This document shows positions 15,596-20,000 of a stretch of DNA of 20,000 bases, piece by piece (position 1 is the stretch's first letter; the number at the start of each line of letters is the position of its first letter). The stretch lies in the IMG/VR virus record IMGVR_UViG_3300037408_000925. One strand, written 5' to 3'. Source of the stretch: an uncultured virus (IMG/VR IMGVR_UViG_3300037408_000925) (lineage: Duplodnaviria; Heunggongvirae; Uroviricota; Caudoviricetes). The position numbers and the translations under genes were made by a program. Under the pieces are notes generated by a model, which worked only from the letters and a program-made list of their open reading frames with translations, was not told the origin of the DNA and searched no databases.

Positions 15596-15633
15596 TAAAA
15601 ACCTATCTTTTGAAAATAAAAGATAGGTTTTTA
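15596..15633 (+). terminator. Long hairpin / terminator
   Basis: TAAAAACCTATCTTTT-GAAAAT-AAAAGATAGGTTTTTA, 16-bp inverted repeat. Confidence 0.75.
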
Positions 15634-15683
15634 CGTATATTATTATAGATATCTATTTTTATAAAGGGAGTGAGATTTATTTT

Positions 15684-18116
15684 ATGTTGACAGACCAATT
15701 AAGACCAAAAACTTGGGGAGAAATGGCAGGACAGGAAGAGAATATTAAGGTGTTAAAGGCTATACTAAAGAACCCAGAAACATCACCCAAAACCCTAATA
15801 TTAGAGGGAGCTTGGGGTAGTGGCAAATGCATAACGAAAGGAACGAGAGTACATACTTCTCTTGGGTATATTAAGATTGAGGATATACCACATAATAATA
15901 CCTTTGATAGTGAGGGTTTTGCTGTATGTGATGAAGAGATATTTGTAATGGATAATTTTAAGGCATCTCATTTCTATTCTGGAGGGGGAGAACAGACTTA
16001 TATAATAAACTCTCCTTCTTTTGATTTAGAAGGTACTGAAGAACACAGAATAAAAGTATTAAGTAGTAAAGGTATTGTTTTAGAGTGTTTAGGAAATCTT
16101 AAAGTAGGTGATATGGTTTGTCTTGATAGAGCATCTAATATCCTCTTTAATAACAAAACTAAAAAACCCAATACTCTGAAAGATAAGAGTGAGAAAGGGT
16201 ATGGTCATTTTCTAGGATTTTTCTACGGTGATATCCATTTTCATAGTGTTGTACCTCATATAGACTGGGGACTCTCTCAAGAAATTTTAAATGAGCTTAA
16301 AGAACTTGGTATAGGAGAATCTTTTGAGAGTATACCAGAGTGGTTCTATACTTCTAATAAAGACTTTCTTAGGGGATTTATTGAGGGTTTTATAGATACT
16401 CAACAAAAGGGTAATATATTAGGACTCTTAGAGTATACCTCTTTTCAAAAAGACTTGGTTTATAGTATTAGAGATATCTTTAATCTGTTTGGAATCTATC
16501 CTAAAATAGAAGTACAAAAGAAGAAAGATATTGAGTATACTCTATTGCTAAGATACTCTGATTTTTCTGATTTTCTTTTCTATGATTCTTATGGAGCTTT
16601 TATTGATAGTAGTAATGAAGATATAACTTCCCTAACAAATGAGATATTTGATGATAAAAAATGTTATCGCTTTGAACAGATAAGAAGTATTACCTTATCT
16701 TGTAGTGAAGTCTTTGATATACATGTACCTCATAGTCACTTATTCTACGCTAATGGTCTAATAAATCACAATACTTCAAGTGTTAGAATCCTAGCAAAAG
16801 AACTAAATAAAGTAACAGACCCTAACTTCGATTTAAATTCAAGTGCTTTCTATTATGAGTTTGACTCTACAATTATAGGTAATGTGGAAGAAATAAAAAA
16901 ACTAAGAGATACTCTAGGGATATGTTATGCTGATTATTGGAAAGTTGTGGTATTTGATGAGTGTATGTCTGGAGATACTGCTATAGTACTTGAGGATGGG
17001 AATACTAAAACCATTAGGGAGATTGTAGAGAATAGAGAGAGGGTTAAGGTTCTTTCTTATAATTCTAGTAGTGGTTTGGTAGAAGCTAGGGATGTTATAG
17101 GGTGGTTTAAAAATAACCCTAAAATATTTTATACAGTAAAAACTATCAGACAAAAGGGATTTTTGAGATGCTCTGATAATCATATTTTTATAACTCCTTA
17201 TGGAGAAAAGAAATTAAATGAACTTACTATAAATAGTAGTATTTATATGCAGGATATAAAATTAGGAAGTATGAGTATAATAGAGGATAGGATAACTTCT
17301 ATTAGTATGGATAGTGATATACCAGAAGATTCTTATGATATTGAGGTGGAAGAAAATCATAATTATTTTGCTGGGGGTATTCTTGTACATAATTGTCATA
17401 GCGTTTCTCAACAAGCACAAACGGCATTATTAAAGGTTTTGGAGGAGGTAAGTGCTAAGACTTTTTATTGTTTATGTACTACACATGCACATAAGTTAAT
17501 ACCTACTATACGATCTAGAGCTTTAGAATTGAGATTTGGTAAGATAAGCTATGAGGAGATTATAAAACATCTTGATGGGTTAGAGGGGAGATTAGAAATA
17601 AAAATCCCTACTGAGATAAAAGATCTTATAGCTGTTAGGTCAGAGGGTCATGTTAGGGATATACATATGCTATTAGATAGATTTATAATGGTAGGTGAGG
17701 ATGCTTTTACTGGAAGTATTGCTTTAAATATTAATCTTCTATGTGATTTTTTTGAAGCTGTGCATAATAATGTACCAGAAGATGTGCTTAAGTGTATAAA
17801 TAAATTGCTGTACACACCTTTGAGTCTTATTGAGTCTGATTTCAGTATGTTTATGGTTAAATGTATAAAATGTTTAAATAATTTACCTGTAAACAGTGTT
17901 AAAATAGAAAGAATCGTGAAGTTGTACGGATCTAACATAACAAAATTAATAAAATCTTTTTTTAGTGATTGGATGAGATCTGCTTTTATTTCGGAATATC
18001 ATTTTGAAGCTACTTTATTATACTTTTATTTGACTTTAAAAAATGATATGAATATATTAGATAAAACTGATAAACCTAATAGAGTTACACAGATTTTTAA
18101 AGATGTAAAAAATTAA
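15684..18116 (+). CDS. dnaX: DNA polymerase III gamma/tau-like clamp loader ATPase containing two inteins (~351 aa after splicing)
   Basis: LRPKTW..MAGQ; Walker A GAWGSGK|TS; Walker B VVVFDE|CH; AQTALLKVLEE; TIRSRA; SEGHVRD. Confidence 0.9.
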   Translation: MLTDQLRPKTWGEMAGQEENIKVLKAILKNPETSPKTLILEGAWGSGKCITKGTRVHTSLGYIKIEDIPHNNTFDSEGFAVCDEEIFVMDNFKASHFYSGGGEQTYIINSPSFDLEGTEEHRIKVLSSKGIVLECLGNLKVGDMVCLDRASNILFNNKTKKPNTLKDKSEKGYGHFLGFFYGDIHFHSVVPHIDWGLSQEILNELKELGIGESFESIPEWFYTSNKDFLRGFIEGFIDTQQKGNILGLLEYTSFQKDLVYSIRDIFNLFGIYPKIEVQKKKDIEYTLLLRYSDFSDFLFYDSYGAFIDSSNEDITSLTNEIFDDKKCYRFEQIRSITLSCSEVFDIHVPHSHLFYANGLINHNTSSVRILAKELNKVTDPNFDLNSSAFYYEFDSTIIGNVEEIKKLRDTLGICYADYWKVVVFDECMSGDTAIVLEDGNTKTIREIVENRERVKVLSYNSSSGLVEARDVIGWFKNNPKIFYTVKTIRQKGFLRCSDNHIFITPYGEKKLNELTINSSIYMQDIKLGSMSIIEDRITSISMDSDIPEDSYDIEVEENHNYFAGGILVHNCHSVSQQAQTALLKVLEEVSAKTFYCLCTTHAHKLIPTIRSRALELRFGKISYEEIIKHLDGLEGRLEIKIPTEIKDLIAVRSEGHVRDIHMLLDRFIMVGEDAFTGSIALNINLLCDFFEAVHNNVPEDVLKCINKLLYTPLSLIESDFSMFMVKCIKCLNNLPVNSVKIERIVKLYGSNITKLIKSFFSDWMRSAFISEYHFEATLLYFYLTLKNDMNILDKTDKPNRVTQIFKDVKN
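15828..16772 (+). mobile_element. Intein 1 (315 aa) in Walker A, with degenerate LAGLIDADG endonuclease remnant
   Basis: Starts CITKGTRV, block B GTEEHRI, FLGFFYGD and FIEGFIDT motifs, ends VFDIHV...FYANGLINHN|T. Confidence 0.9.
16962..17393 (+). mobile_element. Intein 2 (144-aa mini-intein) in Walker B
   Basis: Starts CMSGDTAI, block B CSDNHIF, ends SYDIEVEENHNYFAGGILVHN|C. Confidence 0.92.
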
Positions 18117-18197
18117 GAGATAGGGTCATCTCTTTACAGTAATTTATGAGTGCTTTTTAATTTAGAAAAGATTATTTTATAAATTACATGTAGAGAG

Positions 18198-18761
18198 GTG
18201 ATTTTTTTGTCTTTATGTATTACCAGTAAAGATATAGAGGATATCAGTACTATAGGAGAAAAACTCTTAGACTTGGCTGGTATCGTTTTTCGAAAACATT
18301 TCTATGCCAGTTATGAGGAGAAAGAAGACCTCATTTCAATTGGTGTTCTAAAAGCCCTAACCCTAATCTCGGGGGGAACTTTCGATAATGAAAAAGGAAA
18401 AGTAATAAATTTCTTGTACACTGGTATGAGAAATGAGATGCATAACTATATTTACCATAAAAATAAAAAAATAAAGGGTATGGATGTATTAGGTGAGTCT
18501 GTTTTTGATGTCTATTTTGAGGATGATGGATTTGAAATAGACTTTTGCTTTGTGGCTGAAGTATGTAGTGGGTTTTTAATTTATGGAGATTTGAAATTTG
18601 AAGTGTCAGAGGAGTTAAAGAGAAGGGGGTTTTGTGTGGTAGGTATACAAGATGATATAATATCTGAAAGTTCTTTGGTGATATCTGAGGAGTTTAAAAA
18701 GGATTTATTAGACAGATTGTGTGGGGTGGTCTTATGGAAAAGTCGGGAATGTTCTCTTTAG
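18198..18761 (+). CDS. Sigma-70 region 2-like protein (putative phage sigma factor)
   Basis: EKEDLISIGVLKAL...FDNEKGKVINFLYTGMRNEMHNYI resembles region 2 (DLxQxGxxGL...FDxxKGxxFxTY...IR). Start may be TTG 18207. Confidence 0.6.
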   Translation: MIFLSLCITSKDIEDISTIGEKLLDLAGIVFRKHFYASYEEKEDLISIGVLKALTLISGGTFDNEKGKVINFLYTGMRNEMHNYIYHKNKKIKGMDVLGESVFDVYFEDDGFEIDFCFVAEVCSGFLIYGDLKFEVSEELKRRGFCVVGIQDDIISESSLVISEEFKKDLLDRLCGVVLWKSRECSL

Positions 18762-19213
18762 TAAGTGTTAGTGAAAAAGAATCAAAATTATTACTCTCTT
18801 ATCTTAGAAACCTTAGTAAAACTCCTGCTTATGACTTCATAGATTACCTCATAGGAGCTGATTATATTAAGTTTCTGGATATTCTCTCAGGGTTCAATCT
18901 CAAAATACCTAATAGAAGAAGCTTGTATAGAGATATAGAGTATATAAAGATTTATAATTATGTGAGAGAGAAGAAATTTTCTGTAGAGTCTATAAGAGCT
19001 TCTGCACGAATCTATAATAAAAATATAGCTTTTGTAAAAAGAGCTATTCTTAAAATGTCCAAAATTCTTAATGAGAAAATACCTTTCTCATTAGAAGAAC
19101 TAAATAATATTAAAAGTCTCGCTGTTGAGGATGGAAAAAACTTTAACTCATGTAATGATGGAAATATTAAAGTAGCACGTAGAACTGTATCCTGTGAGGA
19201 AGGTGATGAGTAG
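18734..19213 (+). CDS. Hypothetical protein (possible HTH / DNA-binding)
   Basis: ATG 18734 after GGGGTGG, overlapping the upstream gene; IKFLDILSGFNLKIP...IYNYV...SIRASARIY. Confidence 0.7.
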   Translation: MEKSGMFSLVSVSEKESKLLLSYLRNLSKTPAYDFIDYLIGADYIKFLDILSGFNLKIPNRRSLYRDIEYIKIYNYVREKKFSVESIRASARIYNKNIAFVKRAILKMSKILNEKIPFSLEELNNIKSLAVEDGKNFNSCNDGNIKVARRTVSCEEGDE

Positions 19214-19806
19214 TGAGTGATGAGGATATTAAAGATATAAATATCTTGGATATGATGAAAGATGAGGATAAAGACAGTATAACAGATAGTATAACAGATA
19301 GTATAAAGAAAACAGATAAAACAGAAGAGTCCAATAATGATTTAGGTAATATGAAAAGCCTTTTTGATATTGTAGGTCATTCTGGAAATCTTGGGTCAGG
19401 TGATGTTACTGAAGACCTCTTAGCTTGGTTTAATGGAAGTAGTAAATTACCTTCAGACCCTTTAGTGGACTTTCTTAGCAACGCTGCTATTAAGGCTGAA
19501 TTTGGTATGTTCTTTACTATGATTAAAAATTTCTCAAGACTTCAAAAACTACAGGAATTTTTAGATAAGGCAGAAGATGTTATTTATAATGTAGATGAGA
19601 TTATCGCCTTAGACCCCGAAGAACTACAAGAAAGAATGAAAAGTGCTTCTACAAGAATCAAAGATATCTATGAGTTAAATAGAAGAACTATAACAGGCAT
19701 GAAGGAGAAAGGAAAAGAGGGAGAGATGGATAAATTAAAATTACTTTTAGCCGCTATACCTAATAATAAACTAAAGGATATTTTATCTTCTCTTACTAAT
19801 CTTTAA
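19213..19806 (+). CDS. Hypothetical helical protein, possible terminase small subunit by position
   Basis: GGAAGGTGA SD and GTG start; acidic N-terminus with DSIT repeats; directly upstream of the putative terminase start. Confidence 0.6.
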   Translation: MSDEDIKDINILDMMKDEDKDSITDSITDSIKKTDKTEESNNDLGNMKSLFDIVGHSGNLGSGDVTEDLLAWFNGSSKLPSDPLVDFLSNAAIKAEFGMFFTMIKNFSRLQKLQEFLDKAEDVIYNVDEIIALDPEELQERMKSASTRIKDIYELNRRTITGMKEKGKEGEMDKLKLLLAAIPNNKLKDILSSLTNL

Positions 19807-19817
19807 TGGTGCTATCT

Positions 19818-20000
19818 ATGGATTGGACACAAATTCTTGGAGATGATAGCTCTTTTACAAACCTCACCCTATCAGAAAAAGAAATATTGAAGCAAATTAT
19901 GTCAGAAGAAGCTTTACGAAGAGAGAAATCCTCTAAACCTATTCAACTTAGAGAAATTGTAGATATTCGTAAATGGATAGAATCTGAATATTATGTAGGA
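19818..20000 (+). CDS. 5' end of a gene, possibly terminase large subunit (truncated; alternative start ATG 19806)
   Basis: Open to the window end: MDWTQILGDD...REIVDIRKWIESEYYVG. The VDIxxxIExxYYxG motif resembles N-termini of large-myovirus terminases as I recall them. Confidence 0.5.
   Translation, partial: MDWTQILGDDSSFTNLTLSEKEILKQIMSEEALRREKSSKPIQLREIVDIRKWIESEYYVG

Noticed and set aside
2215..17938. Minus-strand ORFs (2215, 3554, 7310, 8096, 11821, 12991, 13954, 16914, 17648)
   Set aside because: All lie antisense inside well-supported plus-strand genes, are Ser/Ile/Phe-rich shadows and show no recognisable motifs.
19274..19305. Short ACAGATAGTATA tandem repeat (DSITDSITDSI)
   Set aside because: Ordinary in-frame slippage in an acidic disordered N-terminus.
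1..20000. tRNA/rRNA genes or alternative genetic code
   Set aside because: No cloverleaf or rRNA-like segment was seen. Genes are intact under the standard code, with TAA, TAG and TGA all serving as stops.

Overview
AT-rich, densely coded, entirely plus-strand segment that looks like a large (T4-like or jumbo) myovirus genome. The host is probably a Firmicutes-type bacterium, judging from strong GGAGG Shine-Dalgarno (SD) sites and extended -10 sigmaA promoters. The most striking element is at 1-947. The C-terminus of a protein with a RAMP/Cas7-like glycine-rich loop (GGFSCGIGEWRPEKSGQFG) is followed by a ~290-nt hairpin-bounded non-coding array with strict 5-nt periodicity ([G/T][G/T][T/C]-NN). 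GGCA(GTC) delimiters cut the array into units, and a conserved-looking phage gene follows. This fits a non-CRISPR RNA-guided system (VIPR-like). The rest holds a vWA protein, three unrelated proteins sharing a C-terminal tag (REVAPLSDLKxRVKDLL) and a membrane-protein trio ending in an MshEN-like motif. It also holds a DHH/DHHA1 phosphoesterase, a cluster of probable head-internal proteins sharing an N-terminal IIEsLxxxxE...INE motif, and a DnaX-like clamp loader with two inteins. A sigma-like gene and the probable start of a terminase module close the window. All calls come from reading the sequence by eye; no searches were run.
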